Source: a virus (lineage: Duplodnaviria > Caudoviricetes). From it: DNA of 30,053 nucleotides. Shown here in pieces: positions 19,401 through 27,952 of this stretch. The first letter of the stretch is position 1, and each line of letters begins with the position of its first letter. The stretch is from IMG/VR virus record IMGVR_UViG_3300017912_003051, positions 1-30,053 of that record; one strand, written 5' to 3'. The notes beneath the pieces were generated by a model. That model was not told where the DNA came from. It did not search any database and saw nothing but the letters and a program-made list of their open reading frames with translations. A program made the translations under genes and the position numbers.

Positions 19401-21334
19401 AACCATTCGCCAGATTCTACTCTAAATTGAAAAATTGTATCCGAGTTAGTCACCCTGCTTTTCTTGAACGGTATTTTAAAAGTATGAGATACTTTTCCAT
19501 AATCAACCTTTTCGGGCGATTCTTCATTTAATTCTAATCCGACCACGTTACCATATTCATCCTTGATAGTTCCACCAAAAGAATTAGGTTCGGAGTATTT
19601 AGGATTACTGTCTGGTGAAATATTTGAGCCAGATACATGAAATTTTATTTTAGCTGATTTCTTAGTTGTGTCATCACTTTGTACTTTTATACCCTTTTTA
19701 CCAACTATTCTCATGGATATCGTATACACAACATCCTTATTGACCTCAAAATTATATGCGGACTTTAAAGAAAATCTACCAGTATCATTTTTCTGACTCA
19801 AACTACCCGATAATTTTACCGCGTCTATTAATTCTGTCGAGTTGAATGTTGGTGTCAGATTGGAACTATTCTCCCAATATTTTGTTATGTGAGCTTGACT
19901 TTGTATATAGCCAGTCCGTAACACACCTGATGGTGAATTTGAATCAATTAAAAGTTGTGGTGATTCTAATACGGTATCCAATAATACTGGAAAATCGCTG
20001 ATTTGTGTTTTACTACCACCCGATACCCTTAGTCTATAAACATCTCCACTAAAGGTTCTTAAATTTTTGATATTGAAATCTAAAAAAGAATCAAAAGCAA
20101 ATGATGATGTCTCTGCGGTTGTGGTCTCTATAAAGGACATGAAAAAGTCCGCACGTGGAGAACCAGCCACATCTATCGGAGCATACGGATGATTACCGAA
20201 ATCTGCTAAATAATATTTCGCATCTGCCCCAACACCATATTGGAACCAAAATGGCTCCTTAACGTGTATCTCTTTGTCATTGACTACACGTTCTATCGAA
20301 GCTGTGTAATCTGGAATAAATATCTCAGCTCCCTCTAACTCAGGACCTGCAGCGTGGTCTAATTTAGCAGGAAATGTTTGAAAGCCTGTTCCAATCCCTA
20401 CATTACCTTCACCTATATATTGTTTCGGATTATATACTATTATAGATTGTGAGGGAATTCTTATCTCCCCACCAACCATATCGGATGTAAATAAAGAACC
20501 AGTTGAAAATATCTTCATAGTAGGTGGTTCTTCTGATGAGAATAATTCAAATTTATTAGCCTTTGCTAATATCTTGGGTGTTCTCACCTCACCAGTCTTA
20601 AATGACTTTAGATTTACTAATTCAGTAAAGTCACCACCAGGAGCTTCTTTTATTGTAGAAGTCTCTTGTTGTGTATCGGTTGTATCTGTATTAGGTGGTG
20701 TCTCACCAACTGTCCCCCTAACTATTTTAGATGCGTCTGGATAATATCTGTCACCTGCATTTAAAGGAAAGCCCGAAATACCACTACCTGAAATTACCCT
20801 CGTTATTGTTGTGTTACTACCACGTGGGACTAATCGTTTTTTTACTATTTCAGTTGTAGTGACTGATGGTTTTTTATAAAATAATATTGGTGAATCATTA
20901 ATAGTTTTTGCCACATCAATGTTAATCGTTTTTCTAAACTTAACATTGTATCTACCTACAAATTCTTGTGGTACATTTATTTTTTCATTATCAAGCTCAC
21001 CTAATATTATTAACTCAGCTTTACCACCGACATTAATTGGTGGAGAATAAACTTCTACTGTGAAATATGTGTAGGGTAATGTTGGTAAACCACCATTGTA
21101 ACGGTAGGTAACAGGTGTTATGAATATAGGAGTGCCGGCAGAATCTAATATTTCCGCTCTAAGTTTAACACCTTGTTTAAGGAAATCAGAACCAAATACC
21201 TTGAACGACGAACGACCTTGTCCAAAGGTATCAGGCAAGTCTTGCACGACAATAAATTCATTGTTATCGTCTTGTAAGAATACTTCTACTTGATTTAAAT
21301 TCTGTTTGATTAGGCGGCGGGGTAATACTCCCAT
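16493..21334 (-). CDS. Long tail fibre/spike protein with a C-terminal peptidase S74 intramolecular chaperone
   Basis: 1613 aa. SDERLK...GVIAQEVE...YKAVKYEKLVPLLIESIK plus coiled coil at 16493-16783. Gly/Ser-rich internal repeats. AGGAG site upstream. Confidence 0.9.
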   Translation of the reverse strand: MGVLPRRLIKQNLNQVEVFLQDDNNEFIVVQDLPDTFGQGRSSFKVFGSDFLKQGVKLRAEILDSAGTPIFITPVTYRYNGGLPTLPYTYFTVEVYSPPINVGGKAELIILGELDNEKINVPQEFVGRYNVKFRKTINIDVAKTINDSPILFYKKPSVTTTEIVKKRLVPRGSNTTITRVISGSGISGFPLNAGDRYYPDASKIVRGTVGETPPNTDTTDTQQETSTIKEAPGGDFTELVNLKSFKTGEVRTPKILAKANKFELFSSEEPPTMKIFSTGSLFTSDMVGGEIRIPSQSIIVYNPKQYIGEGNVGIGTGFQTFPAKLDHAAGPELEGAEIFIPDYTASIERVVNDKEIHVKEPFWFQYGVGADAKYYLADFGNHPYAPIDVAGSPRADFFMSFIETTTAETSSFAFDSFLDFNIKNLRTFSGDVYRLRVSGGSKTQISDFPVLLDTVLESPQLLIDSNSPSGVLRTGYIQSQAHITKYWENSSNLTPTFNSTELIDAVKLSGSLSQKNDTGRFSLKSAYNFEVNKDVVYTISMRIVGKKGIKVQSDDTTKKSAKIKFHVSGSNISPDSNPKYSEPNSFGGTIKDEYGNVVGLELNEESPEKVDYGKVSHTFKIPFKKSRVTNSDTIFQFRVESGEWFISDISLRPALDTGFSPDNVSVRVPIPTNSQRPDKFQFILQYYDVNNNEAEEVTLVDDVDVEGQSLLIQGDDNLVKGTVTVGNVQGEGVEIKGGNSAFIRAVGYTGFTDARAGTGGGFFLWSGSVAPGGETQDNYNGAGLEIHDGNTGVNESFFKFRTDDADNANNSTFDLKTSRFFLGGGGQFISGSLGNIEISSSNFHLQNDGDVVMQGTITAEAGGTIGGFNINANELQSDSGLLILRGNNGKITGSQVLFTGGKIGGFTLGSDTITGGKLVLDADGTIRSSDFRPNEAGSGFRLTAANGGTLEVESAKIRGTLRTTTFEKESVNAVGGQLYVANSTVLTSSAINPNNIHESTQTTMSVENASGFVNGEIAIIKKVSPTGFSTEYILINSSSRNDPSSEVDASGNLFVTRGFGNGTTGISGSLGDSPGAAQSYSGSQVIVSTGRTNTGYIRLNANPNDISTPFMDIVERTGAGLYDVELKTRLGDLSGVAGTRNIPADFTGFGLMTETAFLSGSNIKLEAPRFLLGDLNSTFVSGSNSNLQISSSKFHLQESGDVIVNDITASNANVSGKITATSGAIGGFSITDDNIAGEGVIIKGTEGSQSIQLIDKDGSSTGTPGTVACEFLYTEFGIQGNDPRPGPTISSSIDDIMIVTNATSSLFVNPGVIRGFRTETAPTADEFSVQGGLTEAGNRSRLISAPIYGANSSNRSGSNNGHNINAGLFAYQSQTTNTLDSNLFSFRGAGLYALVNGGAGSTAVLATPLKTDRSSFSGVFHGGRFVVGDVFGREDNNEKTHGNSVTDSDYVLVAYPNDIDGGLDNTFKGRVGINNYRPATELHVKGTISGSSFGPILSTTISGSLINSSGDIVAFQSSDERLKDNLTHILNPIEKVKQINGYEFDWNDKQDIYKGHDVGVIAQEVEQIMPELVRDNSNGYKAVKYEKLVPLLIESIKDQQKQIDELKKKLEEL
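17640..18880 (-). repeat. Degenerate ~55-aa internal repeat in the tail fibre (two copies plus a partial one)
   Basis: FFLG...FISGSLGNIEISSSNFHLQNDGDV...ITAEAGGTIGGFNI (~18720-18880) matches FLLG...FVSGSNSNLQISSSKFHLQESGDV...ITATSGAIGGFSI (~17640-17830). A third GKIGGFTL lies near 18620. Boundaries are approximate. Confidence 0.75.
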
Positions 21335-21352
21335 TAAAAACTCCTATTTTAA

Positions 21353-21359
21353 ATAAATA
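21353..21359 (-). promoter_or_regulatory. Putative phage promoter motif TATTTAT
   Basis: ATATTTATTT just upstream of the AGGAG site of the tail fibre gene. Confidence 0.5.
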
Positions 21360-21419
21360 TTTGTTTTTAATTTTATCGAGAAAATATAGTAAAAAAGTAG
21401 TTAAATTATAGTTATTTAT

Positions 21420-21572
21420 ATGGAAGACTTCGTAACAATAAAAATTAGAAAAGAGTTTAGAGACTTACTCAAGGAACATTGTAAAAAACGTGGCATAAAA
21501 ATGTATGCTTTACTCGAACAATTGATTAAAGAAAAGTGTACAAAGACAATATTATACTCTAACCAAAGTTAA
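21420..21572 (+). CDS. Small ribbon-helix-helix-like DNA-binding protein
   Basis: Below the ORF-track cutoff. 50 aa, MEDFVTIKIRKEFRDLLKEHCKKRGIKMYALLEQLIKEK..., with an alternating beta strand, helix, G-I-x-M turn and second helix. It fills the gap between the tail and recombination genes. Confidence 0.75.
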   Translation: MEDFVTIKIRKEFRDLLKEHCKKRGIKMYALLEQLIKEKCTKTILYSNQS

Positions 21573-24500
21573 TATTACTGAATCCGTTCTCTTTTTTAAC
21601 CTCTAACAACGTATCTACTGCATCTCTCATTGAATCTATATGCGACACAATCAATGTGAATTGAAATTGTGATTTCAGATATTGAAAAAGATTGTATACC
21701 GAATTAAGATTATCAGAATCCATCGTGCCCCAACCCTCATCAATAGCCAAGAAATTACTTCGTGGAAGATTAGATACATTTATCAAACCTACACGAATAG
21801 CTAGTGAAGATATGAATCTTTCCATACCACTTGATAGTTCTAATGGCCAAACATTATCATTATCATAAACAATATAATTATTTATGTTTTTTCCATCCAT
21901 TTCAAAAACCATCTGAAAGTCAACTAATTGAGATAAGATATTATTTACCTCTCCCTCGATAGTGGGTAGAGCTTTTGTAATCAGTTCATAGGGAACACCG
22001 TCACGTTTCACCGCATCAAGATAATACTCATAAGCCTCATATTTCTTTTCGAGGTCTGCTACTTTATCTATGTTATCCAATATATTTTTTCTCTTAGTAT
22101 CCAATACCTTAATTTCAGCGTAGACAGAGTTTATCTCACGATTTACCTTATCTAATTTATAATTTGTATCGCTTAACTCATTTTCAGTTGTCTTGATTTC
22201 TTTTTCTATATTAGAGTTATAAACTATATCTTTTTCTTGTTCGTAATATTTTTGTATCTTCTCCTCATTAAAATTTAATTGATTCACATAATTATTTTTC
22301 TTTTCATCTAATAGCTGTGTGGATTGCTTTGACTCATTAATCAAAGGTGTAATTTTTTCCAAAGCATTTTTAGTTTCTTGAAAATTTGTATGAGCGTTTT
22401 GAATTTTTTTCCAATCATTATTATACCACTTGTTATAACCATCAATCCTTATCAATAAATCCTTGACTTTTTCCTTATCATCATCTATTGATTTTTTTGT
22501 TTCAATAGCATCAAGTGTAAACGGATTTTTCATACAATAATCACAATCCTCATCATATTCTAAATCACCGAGTCTTTTTATTTTTTCAATTTTGACACTA
22601 ACTTTTTGTTTTAATTTTTCTAAATCAGTTTTCAGCTCAGAACCTTTTTTATCAATCTCTACAGCCTCGTTATATTCATTTATAATATTATTCTGTTCAT
22701 AATGATTTATTCTTGATTCTAACTCAGTTTTAGTTTGTATTCTTTCTTGATACTTTTCGTCTGCCTGAATATGTTGATTCTTTATAGAATCAATAGAATT
22801 ATTGAGATTATCCCTCTCATCTTCAAGCTCCTCAATATTTGATATTGATTCGTCTATTGATTTTAACTTTCTTGTTAACTCTCTAACAGTATCTTCTTGT
22901 AGCTTTTTATTTTTATCTATGACATCTTGTGCTTCTAAAAGTTTTTCATGTTTTTCCTCAAAATCCTCTTTATTATTTTTAATATCAGAAAGTTCCCTTT
23001 CCCAATCATTTCTTTTAAAATTCTTGAGTATGGCAGATACCTCTCTGATTTCCTCATTTGCAGATGTCCACAGTTTATCAAAAATTTCAAGACCCATAAA
23101 TTGAGCTAATAGAGTCTTTTTTTCTTTTTGTGTTTTTTCAATAAACACGGAGTTATTTGTTTGTGATGATAGTGCGGTTAGAATAAAATCATCATAGGTA
23201 CCTATAACTTTTCTTATATTTACTTGGGTAGTCCTACGTTGGTCACCATTCATGGATACCTTTTCACCTGTATCATCTATGGTATAAAAATCTATGTCTA
23301 CTTTTACATTACCTTTCCGATGTTTTTTTGCTGTTTTTTCGATAAAGTAGTCTTGACCATCAACTTCAAAATTAAGTTTACAATAAAAGTTTTTCTTCTT
23401 ATTGTTTAGTACGTTCTCTGCACGAAATGCTCTTGTACAAGTATCGAACAGACAAAATGATAATGCGTCTAATAAAGATGATTTACCTGAGGCGTTTGGC
23501 GCAAACATTCCAACTATACCATTCAACTTTCTAAAGTCAACCTTATTGGATTCACCATAGCTGAACATATTATCGAATTCAAATGTTTTTATTTTCCAAT
23601 TGACATTACGATATACATCTTCTTCAGGTATGGATTGATTGAGTGATTCATTTATATTTTTTATCTTGAGCATAACCTCATCAGTAACGTGATGATTACT
23701 ATCGAGATATTCACGTATAAGATTGAATTGCACATCTGAGTCACTTACATCACCGATTGTTATTGTTTTATTTCGTACCCTATCATTATTGTATATAGCG
23801 TCGGTTCTTGACACCATCATTTCTTTTATACCATAGGTCTTATGTAGAATAGCTAGACACTTTTTTAATTCTGTCGGTGTTGTGTTAGAAACACGAACTC
23901 TTAATCTTGCTTTTTTGGGCATCTTATCTATCTGTGGTAATTCGCCACCATCGATGTTAATAGTTACATAGCCATAATCGTTTGGTATTTCTATATATTC
24001 TGATTTACGTTTTGGCACATCCCATAGTAGATATCCATGTGAAAGTCCTTCTCCATGGTTTTGTTGAACAAGAGAACCACAATAAGCAATTGTTTCTTCT
24101 TTATCTAAAAATTGTTTTTTATGTATATCACCAAGCAATCCTAAATCATAACCTTTAAATTTATCTATATGAACATCAGATGGTAGATGAAAACCTAAAT
24201 CTGTTTCTGCTCTATCTACCGTTCCATGGAATAGGACGACCTTAGTATCACCCTCGACATCATCCGCTAATATGAAGTCCTCTTCTTTTGTCCAACAATC
24301 CCAAACAACAAAAGATACATCAGCACATTTATATACTCCACTATCTTTTAGATAATGTAGGTTTGGATGATTTAAATTATTTACGATGGGGGTAAGCACA
24401 TCTAAACGAGATAAGTTGTTTAGATTACAATCATGATTACCAGCTATAATAATCGTTGGACAAATATCTGATAAGTTCTTGAATAACCTTGAAAGTTGGT

Positions 24501-24708
24501 CAACTAATTCAGGCGACATATCTGTTTTCGAGTGAGCTATATCACCACCGATATAGACGACGGCATTATCTTTATTTTTTTCTATCTCTCGATAGGTTCT
24601 TTCAAAAACTTCTTCGTATTCTTTATGCCGTTTAAGATTACGAATTTGTATATCACTTATGTGGTGTATGTATTTTAATTTTTGAAATGGAACATTTATT
24701 TTTTGCAA
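21559..24708 (-). CDS. Fused Mre11/SbcD nuclease and Rad50/SbcC ATPase (T4 gp47-gp46-like)
   Basis: 1049 aa. Phosphoesterase motifs HISDIQ, GGDIAH, AGNHD, FHG and GDIH. Walker A APNASGKSS, coiled coil with CDYC zinc hook, signature SSGMER, Walker B AIDEG and IVSH. Confidence 0.93.
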   Translation of the reverse strand: MQKINVPFQKLKYIHHISDIQIRNLKRHKEYEEVFERTYREIEKNKDNAVVYIGGDIAHSKTDMSPELVDQLSRLFKNLSDICPTIIIAGNHDCNLNNLSRLDVLTPIVNNLNHPNLHYLKDSGVYKCADVSFVVWDCWTKEEDFILADDVEGDTKVVLFHGTVDRAETDLGFHLPSDVHIDKFKGYDLGLLGDIHKKQFLDKEETIAYCGSLVQQNHGEGLSHGYLLWDVPKRKSEYIEIPNDYGYVTINIDGGELPQIDKMPKKARLRVRVSNTTPTELKKCLAILHKTYGIKEMMVSRTDAIYNNDRVRNKTITIGDVSDSDVQFNLIREYLDSNHHVTDEVMLKIKNINESLNQSIPEEDVYRNVNWKIKTFEFDNMFSYGESNKVDFRKLNGIVGMFAPNASGKSSLLDALSFCLFDTCTRAFRAENVLNNKKKNFYCKLNFEVDGQDYFIEKTAKKHRKGNVKVDIDFYTIDDTGEKVSMNGDQRRTTQVNIRKVIGTYDDFILTALSSQTNNSVFIEKTQKEKKTLLAQFMGLEIFDKLWTSANEEIREVSAILKNFKRNDWERELSDIKNNKEDFEEKHEKLLEAQDVIDKNKKLQEDTVRELTRKLKSIDESISNIEELEDERDNLNNSIDSIKNQHIQADEKYQERIQTKTELESRINHYEQNNIINEYNEAVEIDKKGSELKTDLEKLKQKVSVKIEKIKRLGDLEYDEDCDYCMKNPFTLDAIETKKSIDDDKEKVKDLLIRIDGYNKWYNNDWKKIQNAHTNFQETKNALEKITPLINESKQSTQLLDEKKNNYVNQLNFNEEKIQKYYEQEKDIVYNSNIEKEIKTTENELSDTNYKLDKVNREINSVYAEIKVLDTKRKNILDNIDKVADLEKKYEAYEYYLDAVKRDGVPYELITKALPTIEGEVNNILSQLVDFQMVFEMDGKNINNYIVYDNDNVWPLELSSGMERFISSLAIRVGLINVSNLPRSNFLAIDEGWGTMDSDNLNSVYNLFQYLKSQFQFTLIVSHIDSMRDAVDTLLEVKKENGFSNINFG

Positions 24709-24719
24709 ACTATAACCCT

Positions 24720-25562
24720 TTATAAAAACATATAAACATATGGTTCCTCTTTTAAATAATTATCATCAGATTTTTTAATTTCAATTTTTTTTATCATATC
24801 AAAATCAACCTCGATTGATAGTGATTTTAATTTATTTCTTTTGTTAACCCAAGTGTCAGAATCGATATCGGCTAGATTATTTTGTGTATTTAGAGTATCT
24901 AAAATAGCATGGGATTTTTGTCTAATTAACGAACGAGCGGTTGTGTATATCTGAAAATCATATTTTTTCATCTCCTCTATAAAAACGTCTATTGGATAAT
25001 CTATTCCTTTATTAGCTTGCTCTACCAATTTTTGAACACCACTCCTACTTAACACATATGCATGCGCACAAAAGAAACCTGCACCATATTTCATTTCGTG
25101 TAAATCTTCAGGAAAATTACTAACACCATCGACGTATTCTTGATAGTTATTCGGATTGGTTCTATGATTGATTATATCCACGGTCTGTTTACCCAAAAAA
25201 ACAACATCCCAACCGTTTAATTTTTTTATATTATCAAAAGCTGAATTTAACGTATTGATGTGTGTATCCAAAAAAACATCATCCTCTAAAATAAGAGCCA
25301 TATCGTGACCCTCATCAATTATTTTTTTCCAGACGTTGAGATGTGATAAAGCGCAACCTATTACACCTTTGGTCATGATGCCAGTCAAAGGTGATTTTAT
25401 ACAATCTGATATAACGTTATCTTGTACTAACTTTTTGATGTCTAACTCTTCACCCTTTACCGCATCATAGTATTCATAATCAAATTCCTTGAAGTTACTA
25501 TTTAGGGCAGTCCTTCTATCAAATCTTTCTTTAAGACCGATTATATACGTTTTAATTTCCAT
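24720..25562 (-). CDS. Glycosyltransferase family 25
   Basis: YIIGL..RFDRR, DAVKG, GVIGCALSHLNVWKKI, LILEDD, AHAYVLS and YPID. Confidence 0.9.
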   Translation of the reverse strand: MEIKTYIIGLKERFDRRTALNSNFKEFDYEYYDAVKGEELDIKKLVQDNVISDCIKSPLTGIMTKGVIGCALSHLNVWKKIIDEGHDMALILEDDVFLDTHINTLNSAFDNIKKLNGWDVVFLGKQTVDIINHRTNPNNYQEYVDGVSNFPEDLHEMKYGAGFFCAHAYVLSRSGVQKLVEQANKGIDYPIDVFIEEMKKYDFQIYTTARSLIRQKSHAILDTLNTQNNLADIDSDTWVNKRNKLKSLSIEVDFDMIKKIEIKKSDDNYLKEEPYVYMFL

Positions 25563-26469
25563 ATAATTTATACTTCATTAAATCTAAAAAATTAGTCTCC
25601 TCAGTTTCACCTAGCATCTTCGTCAATTTTTTAAAACCAATATCATTAGGGTCACCATTTTTTAAGTCAATCTTTCTAACATCTATGCCCTCGTTCATCA
25701 ATTTTTCACTTATCTTCATAGCATCTAATTGTGCATCATCATCTAAAGCCAAGAATACTTTTTTAACTTTTTGTTGTAATATTTTTTTATGTAATCTTTT
25801 TGACATCGTCTTTCCAAATAAAGGGATAGCGTTACGTTTGAAAGACATCGCATCAAAAACACCCTCACATAATATAATCGGTTCATCCCAATTTATAAAC
25901 AAATCAAATCCAATAACATCCTTTGACGTAAATGAATTAAGATATTTAAGTTTACTTTTATAAAAATCCCTACCCACGAAGAAGTTGAGCTGACCATCAG
26001 AATCGTAGGATGGGATTATAATTCTGTTAGAATATTTACCCTCGTCACAATAACCGATATTATGTTTTAAAATATCATTATCGGTAAAACCCCTCTTATA
26101 CATATAAGTCAAAGCATGCCTTTTTACTATTCCATCACCACCATTCCATAACGGTTTATATTCATCTGGCAATCTTACTAAATTTTTTTTATCCTGCTTT
26201 TTTACCCTTGAATATTTAGGTTCACCAACTAACTCTACTAACTCATTAAATTGTTCCCTTGATGCATTTACCCTTTTAAATAACTGAAATAGATTTCTAC
26301 CGCCTGTGTTTGAAACCCAACAATGCCACTTTTGTGTTTGGATATTGACTTGTAGCTTTCTTTTATGATGTGTTATGAATGGAGACCAATACATGAACTC
26401 ATTTTGTTTTTTGAGCTTTACACCACTATCACCCAAAACACGATTCAATAAATTTACTATTTTATTCAT
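25552..26469 (-). CDS. DnaG-type (TOPRIM) DNA primase
   Basis: YMYKRG, RIIIP, FVGR, KYLNS, LCEGVFDA, LDDDA and DPND. The N-terminal zinc domain is degenerate. Confidence 0.92.
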   Translation of the reverse strand: MNKIVNLLNRVLGDSGVKLKKQNEFMYWSPFITHHKRKLQVNIQTQKWHCWVSNTGGRNLFQLFKRVNASREQFNELVELVGEPKYSRVKKQDKKNLVRLPDEYKPLWNGGDGIVKRHALTYMYKRGFTDNDILKHNIGYCDEGKYSNRIIIPSYDSDGQLNFFVGRDFYKSKLKYLNSFTSKDVIGFDLFINWDEPIILCEGVFDAMSFKRNAIPLFGKTMSKRLHKKILQQKVKKVFLALDDDAQLDAMKISEKLMNEGIDVRKIDLKNGDPNDIGFKKLTKMLGETEETNFLDLMKYKLYGN

Positions 26470-26797
26470 TTAATAATTTTAATAACTCATTTAGTTCTAA
26501 AACCGCATAGGTCTTAGTTCTGTTTCTTTTAAATATCAACAGTGGTGTATGCTTTCCACTATTATTTTCAGCTTGTTCTAACGAAGACCATATGTTTAGT
26601 TTTTCTTGATTTTTACATTCAACACTAAATGGAAATAACCTACGTGCAGCTGGAGATAAAAGTATATCTTCTCCACTATCACCCATGGTTGTTGAACGAA
26701 CATCATCTTCTTCTAATTGTTGGAATTTTTCGAGGAGCAGGTCTCTGACCTGATTTTGTAACCGTTTTCCCTTGTTCTTTGCGGAACGAGATTTCAT
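26462..26797 (-). CDS. PD-(D/E)XK nuclease, Holliday junction resolvase-like
   Basis: 111 aa with KNKGKRLQ, GEDILLS and SVECKN. Adjacent to the primase. Confidence 0.8.
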   Translation of the reverse strand: MKSRSAKNKGKRLQNQVRDLLLEKFQQLEEDDVRSTTMGDSGEDILLSPAARRLFPFSVECKNQEKLNIWSSLEQAENNSGKHTPLLIFKRNRTKTYAVLELNELLKLLNE

Positions 26798-26832
26798 CTA
26801 TATATTATTTTCTTTCTTGGTTTTTAAAAGTA

Positions 26833-26846
26833 ACCTATAATAATTA
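26833..26846 (-). promoter_or_regulatory. Putative promoter, TAATTATTATAGGT
   Basis: This 14-mer is identical to 29480-29493. Both copies are intergenic and upstream of minus-strand genes. Confidence 0.55.
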
Positions 26847-26864
26847 GTATAAAAAAAACGTAAA

Positions 26865-27737
26865 TTAAATTTTATTTTTCAGCTTTTGATATTCTATTTT
26901 ACCCCATCTCTCAGCTATTTCTTCGAACTTATTATCGTCGTGAAAATCACCACCCTTTTGCACAGCCATCTCACCAGCCATGGCATAAGCACGTTCATAT
27001 TTTTTCACACCCATCTTTTTTCTATCTAAGGCATGTTTAATTTCGTGCAGTACAGTAATTAAGAATTCTTTGACCGTTGGATAGGATGGTCTAAGATTGA
27101 TTGTATCTGTAACCCAATCATAGTCAGCCATATTCTTACCACGTGTAAATTTTACTTTTGATTTTAGACCATACTTTTTTACCAATTGTTTAGCTGTATC
27201 CATCAAATCCACTCTTTCTAATAATAAATAACCTGTCGTGTCTGTAATTGATTTTTTTAGTGACCTAAGTTTAGCTGGCCACTCTTCTGGCTTTATAAAA
27301 CCTGTGGCCCCTTTAACACCCTTAATGTTTGCTGTTTGAGAAGCTTCGTATAATTTGTCCATTATGGGTGTAATTCTTTCATCGAAAGGTTGTGGTAAAC
27401 TCATAATATTATAATAACCCCATGCCATATGTTCGTGTCCTATACGTGGCACAAATTTCTTATCACCTTGACAAATAAAGATGTGATAATCACCACCTTT
27501 ACTCTTTTTTGCCACGTGAGATAATTTTATTTCTTTATTTAGTATGATTTGAGTTTCTTCTGTGAATTCTCGATGTGCACCATCTTCTGGTGTCTCGTCT
27601 TTTTTACGATGTCCCTTTGGTATTTCCCATCTACCATTTGTATTTTGGACACATAATAATTCATCATCAACGATGTAGGCTATACCAGCTGCATGTTCAG
27701 AGTCCTTTTGTTCATTTATATGTTGTAGTTTAATCAT
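26865..27737 (-). CDS. Nudix hydrolase fused to a HExxH zinc-metallopeptidase-like domain
   Basis: Nudix box GHRKKDETPEDGAHREFTEET and C-terminal VLHEIKHALD...FEEIA. Start placed at ATG 27737 (MIKLQHINE), matching the leaders of the head-cluster genes. Confidence 0.85.
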   Translation of the reverse strand: MIKLQHINEQKDSEHAAGIAYIVDDELLCVQNTNGRWEIPKGHRKKDETPEDGAHREFTEETQIILNKEIKLSHVAKKSKGGDYHIFICQGDKKFVPRIGHEHMAWGYYNIMSLPQPFDERITPIMDKLYEASQTANIKGVKGATGFIKPEEWPAKLRSLKKSITDTTGYLLLERVDLMDTAKQLVKKYGLKSKVKFTRGKNMADYDWVTDTINLRPSYPTVKEFLITVLHEIKHALDRKKMGVKKYERAYAMAGEMAVQKGGDFHDDNKFEEIAERWGKIEYQKLKNKI

Positions 27738-27951
27738 TACAATGGTCACAAGAACACGTACGTAATTCCTCTGGCAGTTCTGTCCTTGTTATCTCCTCTC
27801 CGTTCTCATACTTAAATGTCATATTACTCGAATTAGCCCACTTTGGTTTTATAAGAATATCTTCAATTTTTAAATCTTCAATATGAGATTTACAAATATT
27901 GCATATTTTCGAAATTTGTTGACCACTACTGGTGAACTTGACTTGTATCAT
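27730..27951 (-). CDS. Small Cys-rich putative zinc-binding protein
   Basis: 73 aa from the ATG at 27951, right after the upstream stop. Contains CNIC and CSCDHC. Confidence 0.7.
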   Translation of the reverse strand: MIQVKFTSSGQQISKICNICKSHIEDLKIEDILIKPKWANSSNMTFKYENGEEITRTELPEELRTCSCDHCND

Positions 27952-27952
27952 T

